Below, one piece after another: positions 12,201 through 27,200 of a stretch of DNA of 64,000 nt (position 1 is its first letter; every line of letters begins with the position of its first letter). The DNA comes from Lama guanicoe (Eukaryota): contig MU056050.1 of assembly GCA_013239625.1 (NCBI GenBank), forward strand, positions 6,959,838 to 7,023,837, in the 5' to 3' direction. Both the position numbers and the translations under genes were made by a program. The notes beneath the pieces are model-generated. The model worked only from the letters and a program-made list of their open reading frames with translations. It made no database searches and was not told the DNA's origin.

Positions 12201-15200
12201 TCATTTATACATACATATATTCTTTTTCACATTCTTTTTCATTATAGTTTATTACAAGATATTGAATATAGTTCCCTGTGCTATACAGTAGGACCTTGTT
12301 GTTTATCTATTTTATATGTAGTAGTTTATATCTGCTGATCCCAAGCTCCTAATTTATCCCTCCCCTCCCCTTTTCCCCTTTGGTAACCATAAGTTTGTTT
12401 TCAATGTCTATGAGTCTGTTTCTGTTTTGTAAATAACTACATTTATCATTTTTTAGCTGCCACATATAAGTGATATCATATGACACTTGTCTTTGTCTGA
12501 CTTCACTTAGTATGATAATCTCTAGGTCCATCCATGTTGCTGCAAATGGCATTATTTTATTATTTTTTATGGCTGAGTAGTATTTCGTTATATATATTAT
12601 ATATTCCATATATATATATGTATGTATATATGTATGTATATATACCACAGCTTCTTTATCGAGTCATCTGTCGATGGACATTTAGGTTGCTTCCATGTCT
12701 TGACTATTGTAAATAGTGCTGCTATGAACATTGGGGTGCATGTATCTTTTTGAATTATAGTTTTCTCTGGATATATGCCCAGGAGTGGGATTACTGGATC
12801 ATATGGTAACTGTTTTTAGTTTTTAAGGACTCTCCATACTGTTTTCCATAGTGGCTGCAGCAAACTTCATTCCCACCAACAGTGTAGGAGGATTCCCTTT
12901 TCTCCATACCCATGGAGAGGGCATTTCCCCCCACAAACTTAGAGAAGGGATATGCTGTGGTCCTTGCTTTTCCATGCCTACCCTCTCACCGTGTGTGTCA
13001 TATTTTACTATCAATTGTTATCTTAAAATGTGGGCATAGGTGAAAATGATGATGAGGTAGTATTTAGTACTCAAGACTCCTATTTCAAGCTGCAGCTGAT
13101 AACTGAAGTGCTTATTCCTACTTTGCTTTTTAGAATTCTTTTCAACAATTTTCCTCTAAAGGAGCTATCTACTGCAGACTATGTCAGATGGACTGACTGA
13201 TCACACTATGCTGGAAAGGAAGTTTCCATAATTATTTTTGTGGCCTCTAACTAAAACATTGGTCTGCATGTTTGCTGTCCTTTCTGGAAAATTGTTCTCT
13301 GCTTAGTTACAGAGAATTCCTTATGTGGAAGCAAAGCAGAATCTTGTCTCCCTTAAAAAGAGACTGATTCAATGATATTAACCCCAGACTGGGCAGTGGG
13401 GGAGGTGGGCAGTAAGTATTATCTGTTAAAATGTAAATTTGACTACTTAAGTTTTCAAAATATAATAATAGCTATTAGTTGTTGGACTAAGTGCCAGATA
13501 CTTTTCTAAGTGTTTTACATATATTATTTAATTTTCACAACAACCCTTAGTATAATATTTATTAACCCATTTTACAGTTAGAAGACCTAGGGACAGAGTG
13601 GTTAAATAACTTGCCCAAGCTCATAGAACTAGTAAGTGGTGGTATCAGGATTTAAACCTAGGCAACCTGACTTTAGAGTCTTCATTCCTGACCATAAACC
13701 ACTTGAAGTTGCTTTTGAAATTCAATAGTATACATACCATGAAGAACTGAAAAAGGAGTATTTAAAAGAAATCTGAGAGTCCATCCTGAGAAAAGAGATT
13801 GCTTCCAGCTGGACTAGGATTTAGTAGGCAGTGCTTAGCTTAAAGTGTGGGTGTTATTATCATTGTTTGCAGATTTGCAAATTCTCAAGTCAGACCCAGA
13901 CCACCAGTCAGAAACTCTGAGGGAAAGGTCCAGCAATCTATGTTTTAATCTGCCTTCTAGATGATTCTAATGTACATTAAAATTTGTAAACCACCAACCT
14001 TGAGGGCAGAACTGTACAAAAATAAAATCTGAGAGAGAAATAGCTGGGAGTGGCAAGAAAAAAAAGACTGAAAAGATTGAAAATGACAGGTCTAATGGGG
14101 GTGGGATGGGGAAGAAGGAAACGGGGGCAGGGAGTAGAATACATGGTTAAAGAACCCAATCATCAAAGAAAACATACAAAAAATATTTGTATGTATGTGC
14201 TTTAAAAGGCCAGGGAAAAGCAGAGTCAATAGATGGGATATCAGAGAGAAGAGGGACATCATCCATTTGCTGTTATTTCTCTGGGAACCAGAAGGAAGGT
14301 GAAAAGGTGCTTAACTCAGCCTAGGCCTAGTGGGAGGAGGTTGTGTGTAGCTGAAAAGTAGCCAGGTGAAATAAAACCCTAAAGTTCAGTGGAGAGATGA
14401 GAAGGCTAAGAATATGAGTCGGTAGCAATGTCAATGTATCCTTTGTACCTGATTCAAGCTAGCTGAATACCATGAACTGCTTTTATGAGATGCCTCAGCC
14501 TATACAATTTAAACTCTGGGTTCCTTCACTTATAATTGTCTGGTTGAATATCTAAGTTGGGTGTGCTGAATGTACTGAAGCCTGTTCTTTGGGTGGGGAT
14601 GGGGGTAACATTAAAGAAACTAGAGAAAATGAAGGGCACGGGTTGATCTTTGAGCGAATTGCACAATTACCCCTACAGAGTGGCAGTAAAGAACATGTTC
14701 ATGATCATCTGTCACATGAAACAGGATACTTCATTTTGTGTCATTCCACTTTGTAGGTTTTTTCCTCTCCATCTGTTTTATTTGCAAATTTTGTTGATAT
14801 AAATTATGTGATCATACACTAACAAATGCTCCTCACTCTTGTGCCTTGTTCTGATTTGTGTTTATTTTTAGCACCAGAAAAGTGCCACTGTAAGTCATGA
14901 GATGTCTGGTCTGAACTGGAAACCCTTTGTATATGGCGGCCTTGCCTCTATCGTTGCTGAGTTTGGTAAGAGTGTCAAAACTGAGAGATCTGCTCCTTAT
15001 GGTATAGATGGCAGCATTATTTTTGGTAAAAGAAGCTTGCTCTATTTGTTTTAAAAACTTGTCTCAAAGCCATCAAGTAATATTTTCTGAGAAAGTACCG
15101 CTAATGGTATGGCAAGTAAAGTTAAGAAAAGTCAAATTTAGGAAGCTTTTTTGATAGTTTAATGATTTGTTAATTTGCTTGGCATAAGAAATATACATGA

Positions 15201-18200
15201 AAATATAGAGGGAGTTAGATAAGATAGGGGTTTCTGCTCTATTCCTATACTAATGGTCTTTCCTTTATGCTAAATTGTTTATGAATTTCTTAGTAAGTAT
15301 CTAGACTTCTTTTTTTTCAAACCTCTTTCCCATTTTAGAAGAAAATTGACTAAAAGATCAAACCAGATTCTTCTCTATTTAATTTTAATTTTGAAATACT
15401 TTTAGATTGTGTTTTTATTATCTTCCAAATTTTCTCTTTCCTAAACTATTCATAAGTGACCTGAATCCAGTCAATTTGTTGACTTTATTGACATATATTC
15501 TGGTGTTGTGATTTCAAGGTTGTCAGTGACCAGAGCTGTATAATCACCTTGTTAGTTTTAGACCTTGAAATAATCCTCGAAACATATATTGTCAATGTAA
15601 TGACCACTTCTGTGTGTTGATATAATAAATTTGGTTAAAGAAATTTTTCCACCCAGCACTGTGCTGCTATTGGTCCTGAATTACCTAAGGAACCAGATAA
15701 GTACACCAAATAGGACTTTCCCATTATCTTTCTTAATACTAGGAAACTGTTTCTTATAAACAGATAAAAGAAAGAAAACCCACAAAACTTTGTAATACTA
15801 TATAAGAGTATGTGGAGCAGCAACCCCATGTTTTCCTATCTTCTTTGTGAAAATTTGCAGATTTTTATAAGGGAAATATGGGGAGACTTGAAGTGGCAGG
15901 GGACAGAAAGAAGAGACAAAAGCCAGATTGTGTGTTACAGATAAAATTAAAACAACATTTAAATTATCTTGCATTTACAGTATATTAGGACTATCTTAAA
16001 GCATTTTATTGTATCACAGTTTCAATTATACTATGGGTCAAATCCTGCTACCTACAATGCATTTCACTTTATCACGTACAACTCTTGTCCTCTAATCATG
16101 ATATTTTAGTAGAGATCTAGGTGCTATAAAAAGGACTTTGTCTTACGTCTTAAAAATTATCATTGGCTTAAATTCAGCCAAAATTTAACTGTGATTCTTT
16201 GGAAAAATTTAGAAATGAGTGTATTCCTTCACAGGAACGTTCCCTGTGGACCTGACCAAAACGCGACTTCAAGTTCAAGGCCAAAGCATTGATGTCCGTT
16301 TCAAAGAGATAAAATACCGAGGAATGTTTCATGCCTTGTTCCGAATCTATAAAGAAGAAGGCATATTGGCTCTGTATTCAGGGTAAGACTGAATTCTTTC
16401 CTTACATCACAAATACAAATACTTTTTCAAGAAGCCATGTATTGCAGGCTGTCGGATGGTTTGTGCCCTTCATAGTCACCATTTTAACTTAAAATTCAGT
16501 ATTGATGTGCCAGTTTATATTTCATTTGCTTGTAGTCTTGAGCTTTGGATTTTGTGTTCATTTGGCTATAAGTGATACAGTTTAAAATGGATATCTCATT
16601 GCAGCATTGGCTTTCTCCTGTTTTCCCAAGAGTCATCTATAGCTACCATGAATAGTCATGCCAATTAACAGAATATATTTCTGTGATATTCTTCCTGAGT
16701 TGCCAAATACTGACTTCTAAAAGAATTTTCTTCTTTAAGAAATATTATTCTGGTAGTTTAAACAGAAAATGCAGTATAAGAGAGAGGGCGACCCATCTTT
16801 TTGGGGGGTCAACTTTTGATTAGCCATAGGTTGGTGGTTTATTGTCCATTTTGTCATTTTACTAGTTCACATCTGCATCTAGTGTACCAGTTTATTGCTC
16901 AGAGAATGGACATCATTTTATTATTAACCTATGTTAGGCTTAATTTCAAAGATAATTTACTTGGGGAAAGAATCAAGTATTACATCCTGAAGCAAGTAAA
17001 TCATGGATCATGTTTCACCTTGTTCTTACATCAACATGGATAACACAAGATTTTTTTTTCTGATAGCAAGCAATAAACTCAGAAATATGCATGTTTTGTC
17101 ATCATTTTTTAATCTTAACCATCTGAGCTGCTGCTGTCTTTCTATTTATAACTATTAAAGTATAGTTCTGTGATTTGAAAGAATCTCAAAGGAGGTTTGA
17201 GTGAGAATGTCTCCAGTTCATAAGCAGAACTTAAATAGGGTAAAATTTTGACTCTGGTACCTCCTTCTTGATAGGATTAAAGATGTATCAACAATTTCTA
17301 GGAAGTAAGGTTGATTTTTTCTTAAATCTGTGAAGTGGGTTATGATGCATGCTTCTTTTTCTACATTACTGATTGAATTTGCTCATATTTTGTGAAGGAT
17401 TTTTTCATCTAAGTTCATGAGAGATATTGGCCTATACAGTTAGTTTTCCTTTTTTGTAACTGTTTTTGTCTGGTTTTGTTATTAGAGTAATACTAGCTTT
17501 ATAAAATGAGTTGAGAACTGTTCCCTCTTCTGTTTTCTGGAAGAGATTGTGTAAAACTGGTGTTAATTTATTAAGTATTTGCTAGAATTCCCCAGTGAAA
17601 TTATCTGGGCCTGAAGAGTTCCTTTTTGGGAACTTTTAAATTATAAATTTAAAAAATTCAATGGTTATGAGACTACTCAGATTATCTATTTCATCTTTTT
17701 AAAAATTTTAAAAAATTAATTTTAATTCATTTATTTCTTTTTGTACTATCTATTTCATCTTAAGTTTTGGCGGTTTGTGGTTTTCAAGTAACTATTCATT
17801 TCTTCTAAGTTGTTGAATTTATGAGCATAAAGTTGTTTATAGTGTTCCTTTATTATCCTTTTAATGACTGCAGAATTGTAGTGCTAGTCCCTGTTGCATT
17901 CCTGATATTAGTGACTTATATCTTCTCTCTTTTTGCTACTATGAGCCTTGCTAGAGGTTTATTGATTTTATTTTTTTCAAAATAGCTGACTTTTTGTTTC
18001 ATTGGTTTTTCTGTATTTTCCTGTTTTTAATTTTATTAATTTATGCTCTTTATTATTTATTTCCTTCTAATTGCTTTGGGTTCATTTTGCTCATCTTTTT
18101 CCAGTTTCTTGAGGTACGAACTTAGATTATTGATTTTGAGACTTTCTCTCTTTTCTAATGTAAGTAGTTTGTGCTATAAATTTCCCTCTCAGCACTGCTT

Positions 18201-21200
18201 TGGTTGCATCCCACATATTTTAATGGGTTGAATTTTCATTTTCACTCAGTTCTATGTATCTAAAAAATATTTTGCGACTTCCTGGGAGCTATGGATTGTA
18301 TAGAAGTGTGTTATTTAATTTCCAAGTGTTTGCAGATTTTCCTTATTGATTTCTAGTTAAAGTCCGTTATGGTCAGAGAAGACACACTATGTGATTTCAC
18401 TTCTTTTGAATTTGTTGAGGTTTGTTTTATGACTCAAATGCACTCTCTTGGCAAATGTTCCATAGGTACTTGAAAAAAATGCATATTTTGCTGTTTTTGT
18501 GGCGTGAGGTAGGTAATGGAAGGGAGTAGGCTGTCTAAATATGTATAATCTGCAAGTGCATGTTGAGTATAATTGACTTAATTTTTCTTTCTTTTTTTTT
18601 TCAGAATCGCTCCTGCTTTACTAAGACAGGCATCATATGGCACCATTAAAATTGGCATTTACCAAAGCTTGAAGAGATTATTTGTAGAACGTTTAGAAGG
18701 TCAGTATCAAATCCTCATTCTCTTTTGGGGTAATACTCAAAGAGATTGTTGAAATCATATTTAGTGAGAAGTGTTCCTCACAGGGTGCCAGATGAGCTTA
18801 TACTGATTTGGGGTTAATACTTGCAGAGATGATATATAGGTTAGAGGGACCTGCTTTTCAAGTTTGTCCCTTTTACTATCAAACAAACAAAAATGGCTTC
18901 TGGTCATCACAGAGGGAACATGGAACAAGTTTCTTGAGAAAATTAATGCTGTCCTCATCGAGAAGAGGACTTCAATTGTAAGGAATCCTCTAGCTGCCAA
19001 TTTTGATAAGATTTTGTTAGGTGGTGTAGTTTTAGGTTGTTATAACCTGGATTCTAGTGTACATATGTCCACCTTAACTCATATTCAGCATTATTATATG
19101 TCTCTCTGCTTGTGGCTGCAGCATTTCCAACTGGATACTGTGCTAAAATTTTACCTCAGGCTTGAGGCTACTGCATAGTTAGGAACAGCTGGAGAGCCTT
19201 TCGGTTGGAAATGTCTTGTATCAGTTTATTGTCCTTAATCAACTTTTTCTGGAGCCTCTTCTTTGAGGATCCTGAAGGATTCTCTTCCTAAAATAGTTTC
19301 TTTTTACAGATTCTTCACTTGGGTTTACCTGGTTACTATTTGCAGGCTTTTCATGGTGAGGAGGTGTGGTGAAAATTGAGTTTTAGGACAATACATATGC
19401 TCTGTGTTTTCTTTGTTTTCTTTTTCCTACCTGGGAAGATTTGTTTCCAAATGTCTAGTTTTTCACATTTAACAGTAGAAGTCTTATATAAATAGAGGCT
19501 AGTAGATATCAAGGCCAGTTAAATTTAATGCTTAGATAATTTTTTTCTATTAGTGATAAGATTTTATCTTTTAACATTCAGTTCTTGTATCTTTAGAGTT
19601 GATGATTCTACAGAAAAAGACTTTAAAACTTCTCTTTACATGTTTGAAATGATTGAAGGGAAAATAGCACATTCTGAATTTATGTGGAGTATTGGCAGTT
19701 ATATCGAAAAATAAGATATGTTCCAGTGTCTTTTAGAAGTATTTAAAATAATGATTTATGTTTTACAAATTTTATATATTTCAGCACTGATTTGGGATCT
19801 AGAAATATTTGAGTTTCTTTATTTTTATAAGCTTTGTAGTTCATTTTTTATTGAGTTATAATCAGTTTACAATCTTATGTCAATTTCCAGTGTGGAGCAC
19901 ATTTTTTCAGTTATACATGAGCATACATATATCATTGTCACATTCTTTTTCACTGTGATGTAGTTCATTTCTATAGTCAGTTTTCTGAACAAGCTTCCTT
20001 TCCTCTGATAACTCAGTACTGTGTTCTCAGAAACTGATACCTCATACAAGCAGACCTTTCTTTCTTTCTTTCTTTTTTGTTCCTTTTTACAGATGAAACG
20101 CTTTTAATTAATATGATATGTGGGGTAGTGTCAGGGGTGATATCTTCCACTATAGCCAATCCCACCGACGTGCTAAAGGTAAGAGAAATCTGGTAGCGTT
20201 GGATATATCCAGTGTGAAGTGAAGAGCTTTGAGTCAGATTTGGGTTCAGATCCCTACTCTGTCACTTGCCAGATGTAAAAACTTGGGCAAATCACTTAAC
20301 TGCTTTAATTCTCAGTTTCCTCATGTATAAAATGAAGATAATTTAGTATTTATCCCATAGGATTGTTAAGGATTAAAGATAATATATGTAAACTGTCTAT
20401 CATTGTACTTGGTAGGTAGTTGATGTTCAATAAATAGTAAATGTATTAGGATGTGCATTAATCCATTGGTCTTCAAACTAGAGTATGCCAACCTCTTTGT
20501 TTCTTCCCAAGTGCTGTACAGTGTTAAGGGAATCAATTTCCAGATCGCTTACTTTCATTTGTACTCTCTTCAGAAACAGATCTGAGAATGAACTTGTCTT
20601 TATAATAGCCCTTTCCCCACTTTACAAAAGAAAGGTATATTCCCCCATGCATTTCAAATCTTAGTATGGTATATTGACCTGTGGTGTAACTTGAAGTGTC
20701 AAAGGGGTAAATTGAAATACAGTTTTTGGAGAAGCCTCCTTTAAAAACTGATTACGTCTATAATGTCTCTGTCTTTTCATGTCTTATCCATATTTCTATT
20801 AAGAATGAGATTTGGCCTTAAAGTGGTAGATTTTAGCCTGCGTTGGAATATTCTGAATTCAAAACCAGAACAATATGGGTTAGTGGTGCTGAGTTTTTAA
20901 AATATAATTAGATTTCTTTCAGATTTTGTTAAAAGACAGAATGAAACAATAATACCAATCTTCAGCTTATTTTATCTCAGAATAGTAAACATTTCCTCTT
21001 TATTAACTTATTTAAACTTACGATTAGTTAAAAGCACTAAATATATGATTAAAATGTGTAAGAGGATCCCAAGTTTTTAAAAATTATTTTAGGGGGAATA
21101 TGACCAAAAAAAGTGAGAGAACATATGCTTTATTTATTGAAACCACAGGTGGCTAGGTTAGCGAAGGGGAGATCTGTTGCAATTAAGAGAGTTTTGAGAA

Positions 21201-24200
21201 CTGAGAGAGTGACTTGAAAAATAACACACGAGAGAAACCAGTGGTGGTTGATGAAGAAAAGATGTGAAATGTTATTTCTGGATTAAATTGATAATAACTT
21301 AGCTACATAAATTTTATATCATTTTAGATTTACAGAAAAAGTATTTATGAAGAGAATTGACTGTATCCTAAAACTCTAAAATATTTTCAGTATAATCACA
21401 CTTATTAGAATGTGCTTGTCAAGAAAAATAATACTTCACTCCCAAAAACTTCTTTTGTTATCCTGGTGGATCCTAGACTTAATCACCTGGGTGATTTGCT
21501 TCACTTTCCCATCCCTCTGACTAGATGATTACAACCATTGACCAATGCTATAATCTACCTTTTCCTTTCTTACACTTAGGTAGGGCTGAGTGGTGAGTAG
21601 TGTTAGGGAGCCGGGGGTAGTCACAATCTTATGTAGGATTTTTAATCACAATTGGGCTGTTTAATCCTTTTACTTAGCCTTGGATAGCTCTTTCTCTGAA
21701 CTGTGTGCTGCTTCCTTGCCTTTGTGCATATAGTTTTCTTTTTGCCTGCAGTGCCTTTTCCCCCTTCCCTCATGAATTTATTTTTCAAAACTACCCAGGA
21801 ATAGGACCAGGACTAGGACCCAAGGAATGAGGTATTCCCCCTGGGTGCAAAATGTAAGGGTATAGCAAAAGCTCAGTAATCAAGAGAGATAACATTTTTA
21901 TGTAATATTTTTCAAAAATTAAAATGAATATAAAAAATTCTTGATGAGCAAAATAGTTGTGTTGTTGTACAATCATCTCACTCACCCTAACTCTGCCCTG
22001 TTGGATCCTGTCTTCAGTTTCAATTTTGATACTTGGTTCATTGTGGATTTTTATGCATTAATTTTGATTTTAAAAAAATTTGCACTAAGATAATATTTAT
22101 CTGGATTACTGAGATTTTTTACATTCCCCCTACTACATTTTGTGCCTGAGGAAAGTGCCACACTTGCCTCACAACTTCTTACAAATGACAAATCTCAATT
22201 TAAGGTCTCGTAAACAAAAAATTATATTTTAAACATTTTTTCTTTTTATAATTACATAAGCAATGCTCAATGTAGAAAAATGGAAGGCAGGAAAAAACAC
22301 AAAAAAGAAAAATGCTCACTTGCAGCTTCATCACTTAGACTTAAGCCACTGTCAACACTTGGGTGTATATGTTCATCCAGTTTCTTTGCTGTGCATATGA
22401 TTATTTTTAAGTTTACATATTTTTACATATTTTTAATTAAAATGATACACCATACATACTGCTTTGCAACCTGCTTTTTCTATGTAACAATTTAATTGTT
22501 GACAATTTCTAATATCCACAGATATTATTCTACAAAAAATTACATGGCTGCATAGTATTCCCTTAAATGGATGTATCATAATTTATGCAATGGATTCTTT
22601 GTTGTTTTTGGACATGTAGGTTATTTCTAATTTTTCACTACACTAGTCATATTTTAAATGGATTATTTTCTACCCCCACTGATTACTTGTTCTTTCTTTT
22701 TCCCAAATTTTCTTCCAACTCCAGAAATGATGGACTTAATATGAGGAATGTGAGGCTGGTGAAAATCACCTTTATAAAATATACTTTGACACAAATTACA
22801 TTCTTTATGTATGTAGTTTGTCATTAATTTCATCATAATAGCAGGCTGATTTTTCTGATAATTCCCAAATACTGTTTTCTTAATTTTAAATGAGTGAAAC
22901 ATCTCATTTTGGTTCTCTCTGTCAAAACAAAATGCTCACCTCTTCCGATTTTAGATTCGAATGCAAGCTCAAGGAAGCTTGTTTCAAGGCAGCATGATTG
23001 GCAGCTTCATTGATATATACCAACAAGAAGGTACCAGGGGTCTCTGGAGGGTGAGTATTCTTTTCCTGGTATTGTTCTATACACAGTTCCTAGAATTTGC
23101 AAAGAATGCCTTTTATATAAAGCCATAAAATTGTGAATTGTCATCTTATACTATATAAGATGCTTGATAACCCAAAAAATAAGGTAAGAGGCTCCTTATC
23201 ACCTATGAAAGGACCAAAATTTATCAGTTGTCTTTATTTCTGCTTAATGTTTGGGGATTGTATGTGTGAGAGACATTATTACATTATTTGAGATAGTCAT
23301 TTTGGTTTGTTCAAATTCACAGTGAATTTAGTTCTTCAATGTATATTTTTGCCAGTTTTGCACTAACACAGCAGTGTATGTTTATGGTCTCTGTAGTGCT
23401 TATGATCAAAAGTTGTTACCTAAAACAACTTTTTAAAATACAATAAAAGGTAAAAGATAGTGTACTGTAAAATATTGAGACAATATATAAAAGAGAAAAA
23501 CATCCAGTAGTCCACTAGCTAGACATAATCACTGTTAGTCTTCTAGCTATACTTTGGGGTTTTTTTTTGTTCCTATAACTTTTTAATCCTATTTTAATCA
23601 CTTAAGTTTGTAATATTAAATAAGACTACTAGTAGAAGAGAGTAGAATGGGAACTCCATTAATAGACTCTTAAAAAAGAAAGTTTTGCTTTTCTCCTTTC
23701 TTTATAATTTTCCCTAACTACTTACTGTAAAAAAATTTCAAACATACAGAAAGGTTGAAATAACAGAACAACGAACACCTACATACCTGGATTAAATGAC
23801 TCTTGAAGTTTGGCCATATTTGCTTTATCTATTTATGTGTATATATACACATACACATACAGACACACACACTGCTTCTTTTTCTTTTTCTTTTTTTGCT
23901 AAACTATTTGAAAGGAAGTTGCAGACAGCATGGTAACTCTTCTAAGTACTTCATTATGCCTCTCCTAAGAATAAGGACATTCTCCTGTGTAATAATTCCA
24001 TTGTCACACACACCTAAGAAAATTAATAACTAGTCCCTAAGAGCTAACATCTAGTCCATATTCAAATTTCCTTTATTGATGAGCTGAGGTGAGTTTTCTT
24101 AAAGAATGTTTCCTTGTATTTCCCCTGTAGTTCCTGTAAGCTGAAAGTTAGGTATGTTAGCTTGATTAGATTCATGTTAAACATTTTTGGTAAGAGAATT

Positions 24201-27200
24201 TAAAAGATGACACTGTGTATTTCATATTGCATCCAAGGAAGAGGCACATACTGTTAGGTTGTCCCACAATTCGTGACGCCAAGTTTGATTACTTAGTAAG
24301 ATGATGTCCACCAGATCTTACCGTCATAAAAGATAAGTTTTTTCCCCTTTGCAATTAGCAAGTAATTTTTTTTTAGATTTTATTTATTTATTTTTTAAAA
24401 CACCTTTATTGTGGTATGGTTCCTGTACAGTCAGCTACACATATTTCAGATATACAATTTGATGAATAGCAAGTAAGTTGTAGAGTGATGTTCTTCTAAC
24501 AACACGCACATATCCTATTAATGACCTTTCACCAAATGGTCTTAGCATCCATTAATGATCCTTGAGGTTTGCTTTTTGATAAAAGGCACTTTGGGGTACA
24601 CTTTCTTGATTAGTTGAATTTAAAACCAGAAAATGGGACTAACTAGAACTTTTTCATAGACTAATGCTAAGGGAAAGACAAAGACAAAGCGATGTGTAGA
24701 ATTGGAGATTTTGTCAGGGTACTTTGTAATAGCTATTTTATTTTTAATTAAAATAATTTTTAAATTGTGGTAAAATACACATAACATAAACTTTACCAGC
24801 TTACCTATTTTTAAATGTACAGTTTGGTAGTGTTAAGTGTATTTATGTTGTTGTACAACCAGTCTCCAGAATTCTTCTCATCTTGCAAAACTAGAACTCT
24901 GTACCCATTAAACAACAACTTCCCATTTCCTCCTCCCACCAGCCCCCGGCAACCAATATTTTATTTTCTGTCTCTATAAATTTGACAGTTTTGGGTACCT
25001 CATATAAGTGGAATCATACAGTATCTTTTTATTACTGGTTTATTTCCCTTAGCATAATGTCCTCAATTCATTCATGCTGTCACATGTATCAGAATTTCCT
25101 TTTTAAGGCTGATAATATTCCATTATATGCATATACCACATTTTGTTAATCCATTCATCCTTTAATGGACAATTAGGTTTTTTCTGTATCTGGGCTCTTG
25201 TGAATAATGCTGCTGTGAACATAGATGTGCAGGCATCTCTTCAAGACTGATTTCAGTTCTTTTGTGTATGTACCCAGAAGTGCGATTGCTGGATTGTATG
25301 GTAATTCTGTGTTTAATGTTTTGAGGAACTGGACATAGCTACTTTTATGATCCAAGCTATTTACTTCATCTAGACATGTAAGGTAGAGAAGTGAAGTACA
25401 TTGTGTTACATATTCCTTTGACACAGACATGTATTTTTTATATATTAAAATATAGGAATATTTCTTTTATTTCAACGAGGAAATATGTTTGCATTTTTCT
25501 TTAAACATGTGGTCCTCTTTCCTGCTTTGATTATAACATGGGTCCTGGAAATATTTCACTTTCTTGCTAACTCCATTGTAAGAAATGGCAGCACGAGTAT
25601 TGTAGCAGAGAGTAACTGGCACTTAATGTCAGAGTTGGAGAGACAATAGAATGGTGGGGACTGTGGTGAACTGGAGAGCACTTGCCCTGTTCATTGCTGC
25701 CATGCACCACATGAGTCCAGTGTGGCCAAATTTTCTGGACGTTTAAGAGAAGCTGGAAATCTGCATCCCTGTGTGAAGTGTCCATTCCTGTGGTTTTTTG
25801 TTTGTTTTAGTATGTTGACAGCTAGTTCGGCCTTCTAAGAAACACTGTGTAGGCCACACAAAACATGTCTACGACCTGAATTCAGCCTGTGGGTCCTTAC
25901 TGTTCACCAAGTTAGTCTTCTGAGGCCATCTTCTAACAGAGTCGAGCAGGTAGAAGGGTCAGAAGGCACTGCTGGGCCAGCCAGCCTGATCAGCAGAATC
26001 AAACATTTCCTGATGACAGCACAGGTACATCAGTTCCACTTTATAAACTGAGTTTGGGAATTAAGACATGATCAAACTCTTTATTATAACAGGTATCCCA
26101 GAAAGCGGTTGTCCCCATGGTATGTAATTTTCAATTTTAAATGATATTTAAACACAATGATAAAAGTAAAACATTGATTATGAATTTTTTAAATAAAAAT
26201 TTGGCACATGTGTTTATACCTTTTCTCCTAAAGTTAGAATAATACTATATGTAATTTTATGTCTTGCCTTCTTTAATGTTATTGGCATTTTCTTGTGTCA
26301 TTAATATTCTTCAAAAACATGACTTTTGGTGCTCTAGCAGTCCTATGTTGTAACGTGAGCTGGGATAGGACTGTTGTGCTAGTGAGTGAAAAGCTGGTAG
26401 TGTTACCCCAGGAGGACTTTGCCTTGGCTTTCTCCCTAGCTGCATCATACCTTTGCTGTCATCCTAGTGTGTCCTTCCAGCAAGCACAGCATAAATTCTG
26501 TGAATTAAACTTGAGTTTTGCTTCATGGGTTTATTTTATTTTTAATAGCATCTTTATTGAGATAATATATATACTATAAAGTTTACTGTCTTAAAGTATG
26601 CAATTTAATGTTTTTGGATATCCACAGACTTGTGCAACCATCACCACTTGTCTCAGTTTAGAACATTTTCTTCGCTACAAAAAGAAACCCCATACTCATT
26701 AACAGTCACTTCCCGTGACTACTAACCCTCCCAAATCTAGACAATCCCTAATTTACTTTTTGTCTCTATAGATTTACCAATTCTGGCATTTCATGTAAAT
26801 GGAATTATATAATATGTGGCATCTGTGACTGGCTTCTTTGGTTTAGCATACTGTTTAGTTTCATCTAAATGTTTTAGCATTTATCAGTACTTCTTTTCTG
26901 TTTGTGGCTGAATAATAATTCCATTGTATGTACATGTCACATTTTGTTTATCCCTTCATCAGTTAATAAGCATTTGGGCTGTTTGTACTTTTTGGCTGTT
27001 ATGAATAATGCTGTTATGAGCATTCATGTACAGGTTTTTGCATAAATATGTGTTTATAATTCTCTGTATATCTAGATGTGAAATCACTGGGTCATATAGT
27101 AATTTTATGTTTAACTTTTTGAGGGACTGCCAGTGTTTATCACAGTGGCTGCCCTATATTACATTCCCACCAGCAGTCTATAAGTATATATCTTCTTTGG

